Shown one piece after another: positions 1-9,891 of a DNA stretch of 64,000 bases. Position numbers and translations under genes: made by a program. Each line of letters opens with the position of its first letter. Within the stretch, counting starts at the first letter, position 1. The stretch covers positions 127,677 through 191,676 of the forward strand of contig JBEKIG010000003.1 in assembly GCA_050011875.1 (NCBI GenBank), in the 5' to 3' direction. The notes under the pieces were generated by a model that saw only the letters and a list, made by a program, of their open reading frames with translations, did no database searches and was not told where the DNA came from. The stretch comes from Nitrososphaeria archaeon (GTDB taxonomy: Archaea; Thermoproteota; Nitrososphaeria; JACIWG01).

Positions 1-551
1 CCACTCCCTTTTCTACCGCCGCCTCCCGAAAGCATTAACATCATGATAATCATGCCGATATACGAGATGGCTGTCGCAATAGATGCGGCGACTGTTGCAA
101 CCAGCATATCTTTGTGAACAACGTGCCCTATTTCATGGCCTAACACTGCCTCGACTTCGCTGTCATTCATGATATTTAACAGACCAGTTGTCGCGGCCAC
201 TATTGCATGGTCCTTATTTCTTCCGGTTGCAAAAGCATTGGGTTGCGGGCTATCAACTATAGCAATTTTAGGTTTTGGTATTTTAGCTTCATATGCTAAC
301 TTGGCAACTATCGCGTGAAGTCTGGGAGCTTCATTTTCATCAACTATATGGGCGTGAGTAGATGCCATAACCATCTTGTCGCTGGCAAAATACATGACAA
401 AATTGATGCCGACGGCCATCAACAAAAACAACCCTGCTATTTCAATCCCTCCGATGATATACCCTAACGCTACAAATATACCGCCTAGCACCGCAAATAA
501 CAATGTGAGCTTAAGATATGTACTTAAACTACTTCCAAACGAGAGGCTCAT
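1..551 (-). CDS. htpX: Zinc metalloprotease HtpX (M48 family), truncated by the window edge
   Basis: Manual translation from the ATG at 551 gives two TM helices, then PNAFATGRNKDHAIVAATTGLL...EVEAVLGHEIGH (HExxH). Not in the ORF track. Confidence 0.92.
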   Translation of the reverse strand, partial: MSLSFGSSLSTYLKLTLLFAVLGGIFVALGYIIGGIEIAGLFLLMAVGINFVMYFASDKMVMASTHAHIVDENEAPRLHAIVAKLAYEAKIPKPKIAIVDSPQPNAFATGRNKDHAIVAATTGLLNIMNDSEVEAVLGHEIGHVVHKDMLVATVAASIATAISYIGMIIMMLMLSGGGGRKGS

Positions 552-799
552 AGATATCAGTTTAAGAGGCATCTTTAAAACAAGATATAAATGTTACTAA
601 AAACGATATAAAAAGGGTTTAGAAGTTATTGCTGCCATTTCCAAATCTAGAGAGTTTCCATATTTAACTTAATACGGTTCTAAAATTCGGATTTAAACCA
701 TTAAAAAGTTTGTCGGTTCAGTTTCTTAAAAAATTAAGAACATAAGAGTTTATCAGACCCTTGTACGTCAATTATTTATATTGTACACGATAATGGTGC

Positions 800-1441
800 T
801 TGTTGGGATACAGGCTAATATTCTTTGATCTCGACGGCACATTAATAACATGCAGAAGCAGCTGGCAGCTTATCCATCAAAGATTTGGCACCTTGGATCA
901 AGCGAAAAAATCTCTTGAAGAGTATCGGAGCGGAAAGATCTCGTATCAAGAATTTATGGTTAAGGATACGTCCTCTTGGCTGAACAAAAGGGGGAGAATA
1001 CGCCTCAAAGAAATAGAGGAGATCTTGTCAAAATATAGGTTTAAAAGTGGAGTGAAAGATGTGATACTAAACCTTAGAGAAAAAGGCCTTAGTGTGATAA
1101 TAGTAACAGCTGGACTAAACCTACTAGCAGAAAAGGTTGGGAAAGAGCTTGGTGCGGATGTCGTTCTATCGAATAGGCTTCGGGTAGACAGTCAAAACTT
1201 TCTAGCAGGTGGAGGCTTGGATATCGTTGATCCCCTAAAAAAAGACATGTTATTAAAAAAGGTCTCAGAAGAGCGGAGGGTCCCTTTAAGGGAAACTGTA
1301 GCTGTCGGGGATACCGTATACGACTTGACTATGCTACAAGCAGCGGGTTTAGGGTTGTACTTTGGAAAAGTTAGGGATATAAAACATTCCAATATTAAAC
1401 CAATTCGAAACTTTTACGAAATACTTGATTTTATTAAATGA
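800..1441 (+). CDS. HAD-superfamily phosphatase (phosphoserine phosphatase-like)
   Basis: FDLDGTL motif I, TAG motif II and GDTVYD motif IV. Confidence 0.85.
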   Translation: MLGYRLIFFDLDGTLITCRSSWQLIHQRFGTLDQAKKSLEEYRSGKISYQEFMVKDTSSWLNKRGRIRLKEIEEILSKYRFKSGVKDVILNLREKGLSVIIVTAGLNLLAEKVGKELGADVVLSNRLRVDSQNFLAGGGLDIVDPLKKDMLLKKVSEERRVPLRETVAVGDTVYDLTMLQAAGLGLYFGKVRDIKHSNIKPIRNFYEILDFIK

Positions 1442-1646
1442 AACTGGTCAATTCACGTCTGTTCTCAGTCGCAAAACACTGAGAGGCTAAAACAGAACTT
1501 ACTTTCATTTCCCCTTCAAAAAGATAGTGATAATGCTTTTGTATATCACTTTATAATGGTTTTACAATAATTTTCAAGATTCTATTTAATAATTATCTAA
1601 GAAAGAAAACTATATAACGGCATGACCAGTAGTTCCTTCGAAGATT

Positions 1647-2258
1647 ATGGAAAAAACTACTGTATATACTCTACCGAAGTTGCCATATGGCTACTCAGAT
1701 TTAGCGCCAAACATATCGGAGGAGCAGTTGAGAATACACCACACAAAACACCATCAAGGATACGTCAATAACATAAATGCGGCTTTCGAAAAACTGGATA
1801 AGGCAATAAAAGAAGGCACGGACATCGACAGGAAAGCGTTCTGGAAAGATGTGTCCTTCAACTTGGGCGGACATGTTCTACATTCCCTATTCTGGCCAAA
1901 TATGGCACCGGCGGGCAAGGGGGGTGGAAGTCCTGGTGGAAAACTTGCCGACCACATAAATGTTAGCTTTGGAAGCCTTGAAAGGTTCAAAAAAGAATTT
2001 ACACAGACAGCGAATACTGTAGAAGGCTCTGGATGGGCAGCGCTCACCTTTTCTCCAGAATCCAACAGACTTGCTATCATGCAGATAGAGAAACATAATG
2101 TTAATGTTTTCCCAAATCACTCCATACTGATGGTTCTTGATGTCTGGGAACACGCATACTACATTGACTACAAGAATGAAAGATCCAAGTTCGTGGAAGC
2201 ATTTTGGAACGTCGTAAACTGGAATGAAGTAAGCAAAAGACTTGAGAAATTGATTTAA
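1647..2258 (+). CDS. sod: Fe/Mn superoxide dismutase
   Basis: [27 protein letters not shown] and the DVWEHAYY signature. Confidence 0.97.
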   Translation: MEKTTVYTLPKLPYGYSDLAPNISEEQLRIHHTKHHQGYVNNINAAFEKLDKAIKEGTDIDRKAFWKDVSFNLGGHVLHSLFWPNMAPAGKGGGSPGGKLADHINVSFGSLERFKKEFTQTANTVEGSGWAALTFSPESNRLAIMQIEKHNVNVFPNHSILMVLDVWEHAYYIDYKNERSKFVEAFWNVVNWNEVSKRLEKLI

Positions 2259-2436
2259 AAAATATTTCCACCCAATCCCTTTTTATTTTATTAATCAGAT
2301 CAGTCTTTTATTTCCAACTATGTTCAATTGAAATTGTCGCTCCCTTACCTTTGAAAAAGCTTTGTCCATTTCGCATCTAAGAGCTTTTATTTCAACATTC
2401 CTTTTATATTTTGTTCCTTTAGAATGTTCTTTAATT

Positions 2437-3864
2437 TTATTTAATATTTGCTATAAATCCATGCGTCACGTCAGCAATTGATCGAATAAGTGGATGCCTG
2501 ATTTTTGAGGGATCTTTAATTTTTTCTAACCTGTGCACTCTAAAGTACATGGGTGGGTGAGCCTCCAAACTTAACCATTCCTGGATTCGGTAGGACCGCA
2601 TTCGTTCCAAAATAAGCCTCTTGAAACCTATCTTCTGGAGAGCTTCTGCTAGAACCTGCGGTTGCTGGATTACAATAGCCGAAATAAGGTCGGCTCTGGC
2701 TTCAAGACATTTTGCTACGGAAAAGAAGATGGCTGAGATAGCCCAAAAGTATATGAAGAAAAGTAAGAGGGATGAAACAAAGGGTATAAACACAAAGAAG
2801 TAGACAAGGTACTGAATTGCATTTAGGCCATACAGTAAAAGCGGGTCTCGTCCTTTTAAATGTCCGAACTCGTGACCTAAGACGCTTACGATCTCAGCTT
2901 CTTCGAGCTGAACAAGAAGACCTGTCGTAATCATGACGAGTCCGCGACTTGGGCTAGGCCCTGACGCAGACGCGTTAGGGAGTAAAGTATTTGCAACAAC
3001 AATTTTAGGCATCTTGAATCCAAATTTGTCCGCTGTAGTTTTGACCATCTGGTAGACGTTTACTTTTTTAGAAGACAAATCCTCTGGCCTGCAATATAGT
3101 CCGTATTTGGCAAAGATCTCGTTAACTGTTTGGCAGTCAATTTCTCCATCTTTTAAAACCGTCTTCTCGTATACTTCACGCTTGAGTGCAATTAGCTGTT
3201 CTTTTGTAAATTTTTTCCTGATCATATCAGCTTCCTGTGAAGGTAAGTGATATTCAAGAAAATGGATGGTGGGATTGCGCTCTGTTATTCGCCAATCCCC
3301 TACCCTGCCGACAATTTTGCTCGAGTAAAGGACAACGACCAATTGAATACCTAAAAAAGGAATCAGGGCGTAACTTCCTAAAAACGCGAAAACCACTATA
3401 CCGACGCCAATGAACAGAATTAGAATGAGAATCTGTGTCTCCATTAATAGCCGGTTAAGAGACCTTTCTTTTCCAGTAACACGTTCTGGAACTATCTTTT
3501 CACCCTCCCCCCATGCGAAAAATAAAGTGCTCTTTCTAATTTGCTCTTCAAAAAGGTCGATCGCGATTTCGACGTCTTCTTTTTCTTCAATAATCTTTTC
3601 TTCCGTCACCGTGTCGTCATAGGTCTTTATAATGATCTGTATAGGCTCACTAGCTATAATCTTCTCGTCAAACTTCTGCCCACTTTTCGGAACTGTAAAG
3701 CTGTAGGAAAGGTAAGGATCACCATCAGTTGTATCCTTTAAGACGTTTTCGAACATCTTTTCCTGGGGTAGAATGTATCTTTGATATATGAAATCCAAAA
3801 GATTTATTCTAAGGTTAGGAGATATTTTTGTTCCAACTGTGTAGGTAAAAGTTCTTTCGGTCAT
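2437..3864 (-). CDS. M48 family membrane zinc metalloprotease with long N-terminal extension
   Basis: PNASASG, VLGHEFGH (HExxH), EARAD and HPP motifs, plus TM segments. Confidence 0.88.
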   Translation of the reverse strand: MTERTFTYTVGTKISPNLRINLLDFIYQRYILPQEKMFENVLKDTTDGDPYLSYSFTVPKSGQKFDEKIIASEPIQIIIKTYDDTVTEEKIIEEKEDVEIAIDLFEEQIRKSTLFFAWGEGEKIVPERVTGKERSLNRLLMETQILILILFIGVGIVVFAFLGSYALIPFLGIQLVVVLYSSKIVGRVGDWRITERNPTIHFLEYHLPSQEADMIRKKFTKEQLIALKREVYEKTVLKDGEIDCQTVNEIFAKYGLYCRPEDLSSKKVNVYQMVKTTADKFGFKMPKIVVANTLLPNASASGPSPSRGLVMITTGLLVQLEEAEIVSVLGHEFGHLKGRDPLLLYGLNAIQYLVYFFVFIPFVSSLLLFFIYFWAISAIFFSVAKCLEARADLISAIVIQQPQVLAEALQKIGFKRLILERMRSYRIQEWLSLEAHPPMYFRVHRLEKIKDPSKIRHPLIRSIADVTHGFIANIK

Positions 3865-4144
3865 CCTTATGTTATGTACACTTCTTTATGTGTTTATAAA
3901 TTTTGACTTTAGGGTCCCTTAAATGGAATCTTTGCAATTGTGATTATTGACGATTATCAAGATGTTAAACAGTCTTAAGAACAATAACGCCTTAAAAATT
4001 TCGTCATAAATTAGCTCTTTTTTTCATTTTGACTTTAACAAATTTCTTAATTCTAGACTTGATCGTTAAGTGTTCCGGACACGGGGCAATCCTTTTTTTG
4101 TTCTAGAAAATCTTTTAGGTAGGAACAATAAACCGTCAAATAAT

Positions 4145-4220
4145 AGCCCGGTGGTGCAGCGGCCAAGCACAGCGGCCTCTGGAGCCGCAAACACCAGTTC
4201 GAATCTGGTCCGGGCTACCA
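4145..4220 (+). tRNA. tRNA-Gln(CTG), CCA encoded
   Basis: Acceptor stem AGCCCGG/CCGGGCT, anticodon arm GCGGC-CT-CTG-GA-GCCGC, T-loop GTTCGAATC and ACCA end. Confidence 0.96.
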
Positions 4221-4404
4221 CATCACCCTTTGATCTATTTTGGATTTCAAAGTTGTTTTGTGGGATAGTATTAATACCAGTATTAACACCGATTAGTTTC
4301 TCTATGAGTTTAGAACAACTTAATTTGTTTTCTTGTGCGATATTCATTAATGCTCTATGAACTTTGTTTGAAACAATAATATGAGTATAACCCAGTTTAG
4401 TCAT
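4221..4404 (-). pseudogene. Probable N-terminal fragment (intN, RHH-like) of a tRNA-split tyrosine integrase
   Basis: ORF MTKLGYTHIIVSNKVHRALMNIAQENKLSCSKLIEKLI (strand-helix-helix pattern) reads antisense directly into the tRNA 3' end. This is the layout of SSV/pTN3-type integrases split on integration. Confidence 0.6.
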
Positions 4405-4650
4405 TGCTTTCCATCGGTTTTATCAAGAAACATCCTCTGCTAAAAATATTTCCTTATTAATAAACAAAGATTCTAATGCGGTTTCACATATGCATGAAAT
4501 TTCTAAGATTATACAACTTATATTAATGATAAACTTGGTTTAATTAAAGCTAATTAAATTGATCTTTTTATCCACAATATTGATCGTTTCATATTTATAT
4601 AATAAACAGGCTTACATTTTTAAGCATAAGACTTAACAATCATCACATAT

Positions 4651-4959
4651 GTGATGAAGATGTTCTACGATCCAAGTATGGTTAAAAAAAAGGACGGTGC
4701 TGAAGCAAGGGCACAAAGGATGAGATGGTTGTTAAACTTCATTAGGGAACATCCTGAAGGAACACCTCAAAAAAGACTAACTGCGATAACCTCCCTTAAT
4801 TTAGGATTATCTCCAGAAAAAATAGAAGAATATTTAGATCAATTTATCAGCCTTAATTTAGTTGAAATACGACTTGGAACTATTTATCCTCTCACAGAGG
4901 AGGTCAAAGAAGAAAAAAATGTAGAGAAAAAAGGCGATTCATGTATAACATTAATTTGA
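4651..4959 (+). CDS. Small winged-helix DNA-binding protein (likely start 4678)
   Basis: LLNFIREHPEGTPQKRL...GLSPEKIEEYLDQFISLNLVEIRLGTIYP fits the wHTH pattern. Divergent from intN. Confidence 0.6.
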   Translation: MMKMFYDPSMVKKKDGAEARAQRMRWLLNFIREHPEGTPQKRLTAITSLNLGLSPEKIEEYLDQFISLNLVEIRLGTIYPLTEEVKEEKNVEKKGDSCITLI

Positions 4960-5090
4960 TAATTTCTAATACTCTTCTCATGTTCAATAATTTCTATTTA
5001 TCTTACTTTATTATGAAATAACATCATATTGTTTGTATATATTTGTGTGTGTTTATGGCTTGGGGTACCCCCCCCTCGCCTAATAGAGAA

Positions 5091-5120
5091 CTCCTACTAC
5101 TATTACTACTACTCCTACTA
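5091..5120. repeat. Imperfect (CTA)n trinucleotide tract next to a GGGGTACCCC palindrome and C-run
   Basis: CTCCTACTACTATTACTACTACTCCTACTA is seen directly. Confidence 0.7.
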
Positions 5121-5121
5121 T

Positions 5122-5928
5122 CTATCTAAAAAACAAATTTTTCTCGATATTTATAAAATCATAATGTGCTATTATCCATAACTTTTCTTTATAATCATCA
5201 CATTTGAACCATTTTGAGACCTTCTCGTTAATATGAATTAGATTTAGGGGTTGCAACAACACATAAATTAATAACATGCCTGCAAATGAAACATAAAAAG
5301 AAAAAGATGCAACTGATTCTATTACGTTATTTGAAAAAAGTGCATTGGAAAAACCTAATAGAAAAGGTGTTGATATTGTAAACATAATAAATAAAAAAGG
5401 GAAAAACATAATCCACATTATTTTACTATTAACATTCTTATCAGTACTCACCATAAAAATAGAGTTTATGATGATATAAAATAATCCAAAATTAAAAAAA
5501 TTATATATTAAAGGTAATGTGAAAAATGCGATAATTATTTTTTGTTCAATGACGTATTGGGTTTGAGTTAAGAAAAGTATACTCCCAGCAAATAAGGCTA
5601 TGGATATGAAAAATATGCAAACATAATATCCAGATTTAGTCAAATTGTCAATTATTTTCAATGCTATTTTTTTTCGCCCACTCTTGAAAGATACGTGGAC
5701 AGAGTGTCTTATCACCATTGATGATATATATACCAATGTATAAAGAGGAACCAATAAAGTTAAAATTCTCAGAGCCAATGGAACAATTGGCAACAAGAAT
5801 GCAAAAGTTATTAACAAAAAGCATGTTATACATAATAGAACGTAATACAAACCTTTTATTAATTGATTGAATCTTCCCATCATAAGACTATAATATTTTG
5901 AATAACAAACAATATATAAAATTATCAA
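5122..5928 (-). CDS. Hypothetical multi-pass membrane protein (AT-rich)
   Basis: 268-aa ORF with about 6 hydrophobic segments. Start uncertain. Confidence 0.55.
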   Translation of the reverse strand: MIILYIVCYSKYYSLMMGRFNQLIKGLYYVLLCITCFLLITFAFLLPIVPLALRILTLLVPLYTLVYISSMVIRHSVHVSFKSGRKKIALKIIDNLTKSGYYVCIFFISIALFAGSILFLTQTQYVIEQKIIIAFFTLPLIYNFFNFGLFYIIINSIFMVSTDKNVNSKIMWIMFFPFLFIMFTISTPFLLGFSNALFSNNVIESVASFSFYVSFAGMLLIYVLLQPLNLIHINEKVSKWFKCDDYKEKLWIIAHYDFINIEKNLFFR

Positions 5929-6363
5929 GTTCTGTCATATGTTGCAAATAGCTTAAAAGACTAATTAACGAGTTCATAGAAATAATTTTTAAAATAAAAA
6001 GAAAAGATTTTGAACGAAGAAAAATAGTAGAGAGAGAAAATGAGATTAAGGATACAAGTGTTATAATGATAGATTATAATAAAGGAAATCCTTCGCATAT
6101 ACACTGTAAAATATGTGATAACCAATGGCGTGAAGGAGACAAAGATTTACAAGAAAAATTTGATATAGAATTATGTTTCATCCCGTGTAATTAGTTTAAA
6201 ATGCAAGAACTGTAATAGGAAGGTTGATTTACATTAATGAGATATGTTTTATAATCTTGATTAAAGAACATTTCAGTATGCTTTAAGAACGACCTGAAGT
6301 AACAAATAAAAATGCTATTAACCCTATTGCTATAAATAATAATAAATAATAATGCTATTTCTT

Positions 6364-7185
6364 TTAAGACATCTGGAGATAAAGCTCTTGAAGTCCTTGA
6401 AGAACTTGCTGGGTGATCATTAGGAATTTGTCTAATAGCTGCACTAATGGCAAGGCTTTGGTATAATATTTCAACGGGTTTAGCTTATTCCTTCCGAATT
6501 TGTATCTTGATCGGGACACGTGAGGATAGAAGACTATGAAAAGCCATGACAATACGGGATAGAAGTCAAAGTAATGAAGTTGAAACATTTTTTTAATCCG
6601 ATAGAACTGTTCATCCATGGTTGTGTTCAGTTCCTCCTTGGATGGCAGATTTCTTCCTTGCATGCGAGCTCCTGCGATCTTTGACATAAATGCACTTATC
6701 TCGCCATCTTTTCCTTTCATTAAGGCTTCCTCAACTGTTTTCCAATCATCCCTTATCTTTTGGATAGTTGTTAGAACCTGCTTCAAATCCTCCATGGAAC
6801 TGGACATCTTCCAGCGTTCTATTAGCTCTTGATGCAGCTCTTTCTCCTGCTCCTCCTTTATGCTTACTTCTCTATATTTATTCAACCAGTCACCCGAAGT
6901 ATATTCTTTGAATTCAGGGTATTTCTCAAGTATCGCAATATCATGAAAAAACTTTTCGTTCATTATGAGGTAGATCTTCCACGCCTCATGTCTCAACTTT
7001 GTCACTTCTTCCTCGGTCATTATTCCATGCCATATCGCCCAAGACTTGAGGGCAATTTCAATGCTCTGCTCCAGATAAAAGACAGATTGGCAATAGTGTT
7101 TACCTTCCAGAAGGTATTTAGATGCTTCTAAATCACTCTTGGAGATATTTAACAAGTTCGTGGCTGTTCTTGTTCGCTTATCCAT
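6364..7185 (-). CDS. HEPN-domain protein with central helical insertion
   Basis: DLEASKYLLEGKHYCQSVFYLEQSIEIALKS, LRHE and a C-terminal SRY, typical of the MNT-associated HEPN family. Start placed at MDKRT. Confidence 0.75.
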   Translation of the reverse strand: MDKRTRTATNLLNISKSDLEASKYLLEGKHYCQSVFYLEQSIEIALKSWAIWHGIMTEEEVTKLRHEAWKIYLIMNEKFFHDIAILEKYPEFKEYTSGDWLNKYREVSIKEEQEKELHQELIERWKMSSSMEDLKQVLTTIQKIRDDWKTVEEALMKGKDGEISAFMSKIAGARMQGRNLPSKEELNTTMDEQFYRIKKMFQLHYFDFYPVLSWLFIVFYPHVSRSRYKFGRNKLNPLKYYTKALPLVQLLDKFLMITQQVLQGLQELYLQMS

Positions 7186-7463
7186 TGCATGATGCCATGA
7201 TCCCAAATCACCCACGGATATTTAAGAATGATAGAACAGATTACGTGTCTAAGACCTTCAATTTTGCTTTGTCATATATTTTAACAAGAAGCCCAAGACC
7301 TTATAGTCCGCTTTTAACTCCCCATTTTTAACTAACTCTTTTTATCGTCTCTATCCTCTTGAAAATATTGAAAATAGTTCTGAATAATAAATTTAATAAT
7401 ATACGCCTGATAAAAATGCGCATGAAAAACTCAGAAGGAAAAAAAGGGGGAAATGTCCTGAAT

Positions 7464-8648
7464 ATGGAACGAAAAATAGTAAAATTGACGTCGGTTTCTT
7501 CTGTGTTTAGAGAAGCAGCGTCTACAGAAGTAGACATCAAGAACATCGAGGTAAACTACCGCGGAGTCTTCCAGAAGACACTTGCACGAAGGATATGCAA
7601 GCCCATCGTTTATGCCGCAAAGGAGGAAGGCAAGACTGGGTTCGGTTACGGAAGGTACAGTGATGCTCCCGAACGAGATGGGGTTCCCTGTAAATACTTC
7701 GCAGTAGTTGCGGACCTTACCGAGGAGGATCTCGAGGCAGAAGCTGGCGGGAAGGTAGAACCCAACGACGTTGACGTCAGTATCGTAGTTGACGATACCA
7801 TGACTAAGGGAGTGGAACCATGGGCTTACTCGGGCATACGCCCGATCAGCGAGAAAGTTAAAACAGGAGGTACGCTGCTTGTTGTTTCCGAACGAAACCC
7901 TCTAGAGCTCCTAAAGAATGTCGAGAAGAAGAAATTTCCGTACAAGATTGCCGTCGTACCTGGTATGCACAGCTTTTCGGGATTATGGGTATACAAGGAC
8001 GATCTTACAGATGTGCGTGTTCTGGGTGCATTGGCGCGTGTTGATTCAGACATCGTCAGTTTGCAGTCGATAAAGAAAGTAGTTGGAGAGCAGCAAGGCG
8101 AGGAAAGGGTCAGAGCTGTGGAAGATGGTTACAACTCGGTCGTTATCAAGAGCATTGCACCTGGCGAAGGCATCGTCTGGCCGTACAAACTTCCAGAACT
8201 TCCAAAGTGGCATGAATTCCAAGAAGGGATCGTCGTAAAGCCGGTCAAGAGAGGCGGAAGAAACGAGGACTACAAGCGGTTTACAACCAGGACTATGCGT
8301 CCTGTCATCAGATTCGACAAGTGCATAAAATGCGATCGCTGCTGGTACACATGTCCTGACGAGTGCTTCGATCCGACTCCTGAAGGGTTATTTGACGTGA
8401 ACTACAACTACTGTGTTGGGTGTGGCAGGTGCGCTGAGGTATGCCCTGTGCCCAATACGATCGTGATGATCGATGAACTAAAATTCGACACCAACGAAAG
8501 TCCTTATCAGAAGTTCAAAGAAAGCAAAGATGCATACACCAACTGGGCTGAGGAGAAGAAAGGCAAGACAAGGGTCAACTACCCATTCGTCACCGGAACG
8601 GGGTTGTCAGTAGAGGAGGCTAAGACGAAAAGTGAGGAGAAGAGGTAG
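7464..8648 (+). CDS. 2-oxoacid:ferredoxin oxidoreductase gamma-delta fusion (oxalate oxidoreductase delta-like)
   Basis: Divergent gamma domain (YRGVFQK...YSDAPERDGVP) plus two [4Fe-4S] motifs, CIKCDRCWYTCP and CVGCGRCAEVCP. Confidence 0.85.
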   Translation: MERKIVKLTSVSSVFREAASTEVDIKNIEVNYRGVFQKTLARRICKPIVYAAKEEGKTGFGYGRYSDAPERDGVPCKYFAVVADLTEEDLEAEAGGKVEPNDVDVSIVVDDTMTKGVEPWAYSGIRPISEKVKTGGTLLVVSERNPLELLKNVEKKKFPYKIAVVPGMHSFSGLWVYKDDLTDVRVLGALARVDSDIVSLQSIKKVVGEQQGEERVRAVEDGYNSVVIKSIAPGEGIVWPYKLPELPKWHEFQEGIVVKPVKRGGRNEDYKRFTTRTMRPVIRFDKCIKCDRCWYTCPDECFDPTPEGLFDVNYNYCVGCGRCAEVCPVPNTIVMIDELKFDTNESPYQKFKESKDAYTNWAEEKKGKTRVNYPFVTGTGLSVEEAKTKSEEKR

Positions 8649-8656
8649 ATAGAGAT

Positions 8657-9877
8657 ATGACACTAGTTGAAAAGAAGCTGGTTCAAAAGCAGAGGGAAGA
8701 TCTACTGACAGGGTGCGAGGCTGTCGCTCATGCTGTGATGCTCGCTGACGTGGATGTGATAGCTGCCTATCCAATTCGACCTTATACGGAGGTGATGGAT
8801 GCCGTCTCCAAGTTGATAGCTGACGGCAAGTTCGAGGCGGAGTACATCATCGCTGAAGGCGAACATTCTCAGTTCGAAATCGTGAAACATGCTTCTGCCG
8901 TAGGAGCACGAGTCTTCGCGGGAAGTAGTGGGACTGGGTGGATGTATGCAATGGAAGCACTTGCAGTGACGGCATCAGATAGACTGCCTGTGGTAGCACT
9001 CGTTGGAAATAGAGCGCTAGATGATCCGGGCGCATTCGGAGTTGAGCACAACGATGCGCTTGCCGTCCGAGACCTTGGATGGCTGCTCGTCTGGGCTGCG
9101 ACTGCGCAGGAAGCTCTTGATACTACGTTACTTCTGTATAGAATAGCAGAGGATCCACAAGTGATGTTCCCCGCTGCTCTCGCGATGGATGGGGGATTTC
9201 TCACACACTCGCAACATATGGTCAGGATACCCTCCAAGGAGCTCGTTAACAAGTTCCTTCCCCCTTACAGTCTTGGTGATCGAAGACTGCACCCCGACAA
9301 CCCGATATCTATCGCACCTCAGGCAAATGAGGACTGGGTCATAGAAATTCGTAAGCAGAATGCAGAAGCAACCAAACAAGTTCCAGCCGTTGTCAACAAA
9401 GCATACAAAGAATTCGAGGAAGTCTTCAATCGTGATCTAGGGAATCCATGGCTCGAGGAATACATGATGGAGGATGCTGACGTGACAATTCTTGGTATGG
9501 GCACACTCGCTATAACTGCTAAAGCAGCTGTGAAGCGACTGAGGAAACGCGGTCTAAAAGTTGGAGTGGTTCGCCCGAAGTGGTTCAGACCATTTCCAAC
9601 AGAACTTCTGAAGAAGATACTTTCTCCGGTCGGCGCGGTCGCAGTAGTAGACCGTGACTTTGCATACGGCTCTCCCTTCTACTCAGGTGTCCTGTATAGT
9701 GAAATACGATCAACCCTGTACGGTTCGAGGAACCGTCCAACGATAACAAACTTCATAGCAGGATTAGGAGGTAGAGAGATTTCTATAGCGGAAGTCATCA
9801 AGATGATTGAAGCGACTTACAAGGCAAAAGAGGAAGGGGTCGATGACTACGTGCAATGGGTAGGAGTGAGGGAGTAG
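8657..9877 (+). CDS. 2-oxoacid:ferredoxin oxidoreductase alpha (oxalate oxidoreductase alpha-like)
   Basis: YPIRPYT (Arg replaces the Thr of PFOR YPITP), EGEH, NRALDDPGAFGVEHND, FRPFP and GLGG. Confidence 0.9.
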   Translation: MTLVEKKLVQKQREDLLTGCEAVAHAVMLADVDVIAAYPIRPYTEVMDAVSKLIADGKFEAEYIIAEGEHSQFEIVKHASAVGARVFAGSSGTGWMYAMEALAVTASDRLPVVALVGNRALDDPGAFGVEHNDALAVRDLGWLLVWAATAQEALDTTLLLYRIAEDPQVMFPAALAMDGGFLTHSQHMVRIPSKELVNKFLPPYSLGDRRLHPDNPISIAPQANEDWVIEIRKQNAEATKQVPAVVNKAYKEFEEVFNRDLGNPWLEEYMMEDADVTILGMGTLAITAKAAVKRLRKRGLKVGVVRPKWFRPFPTELLKKILSPVGAVAVVDRDFAYGSPFYSGVLYSEIRSTLYGSRNRPTITNFIAGLGGREISIAEVIKMIEATYKAKEEGVDDYVQWVGVRE

Positions 9878-9891
9878 TAGGTGGTTAGAAT

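Noticed and set aside
4066-4220. C-terminal part of ORF 4066-4404 and ORF 4070-4360 as real proteins
   Set aside because: They are translations through the tRNA gene. Only the part of the minus-strand ORF before it enters the tRNA (4221-4404) is treated as intN.
6066-6237. Small Cys-rich ORF pieces (HCKIC, CFIPC, KCKNC)
   Set aside because: They are too short and fragmented to assign, and are possibly a decayed zinc-finger gene.
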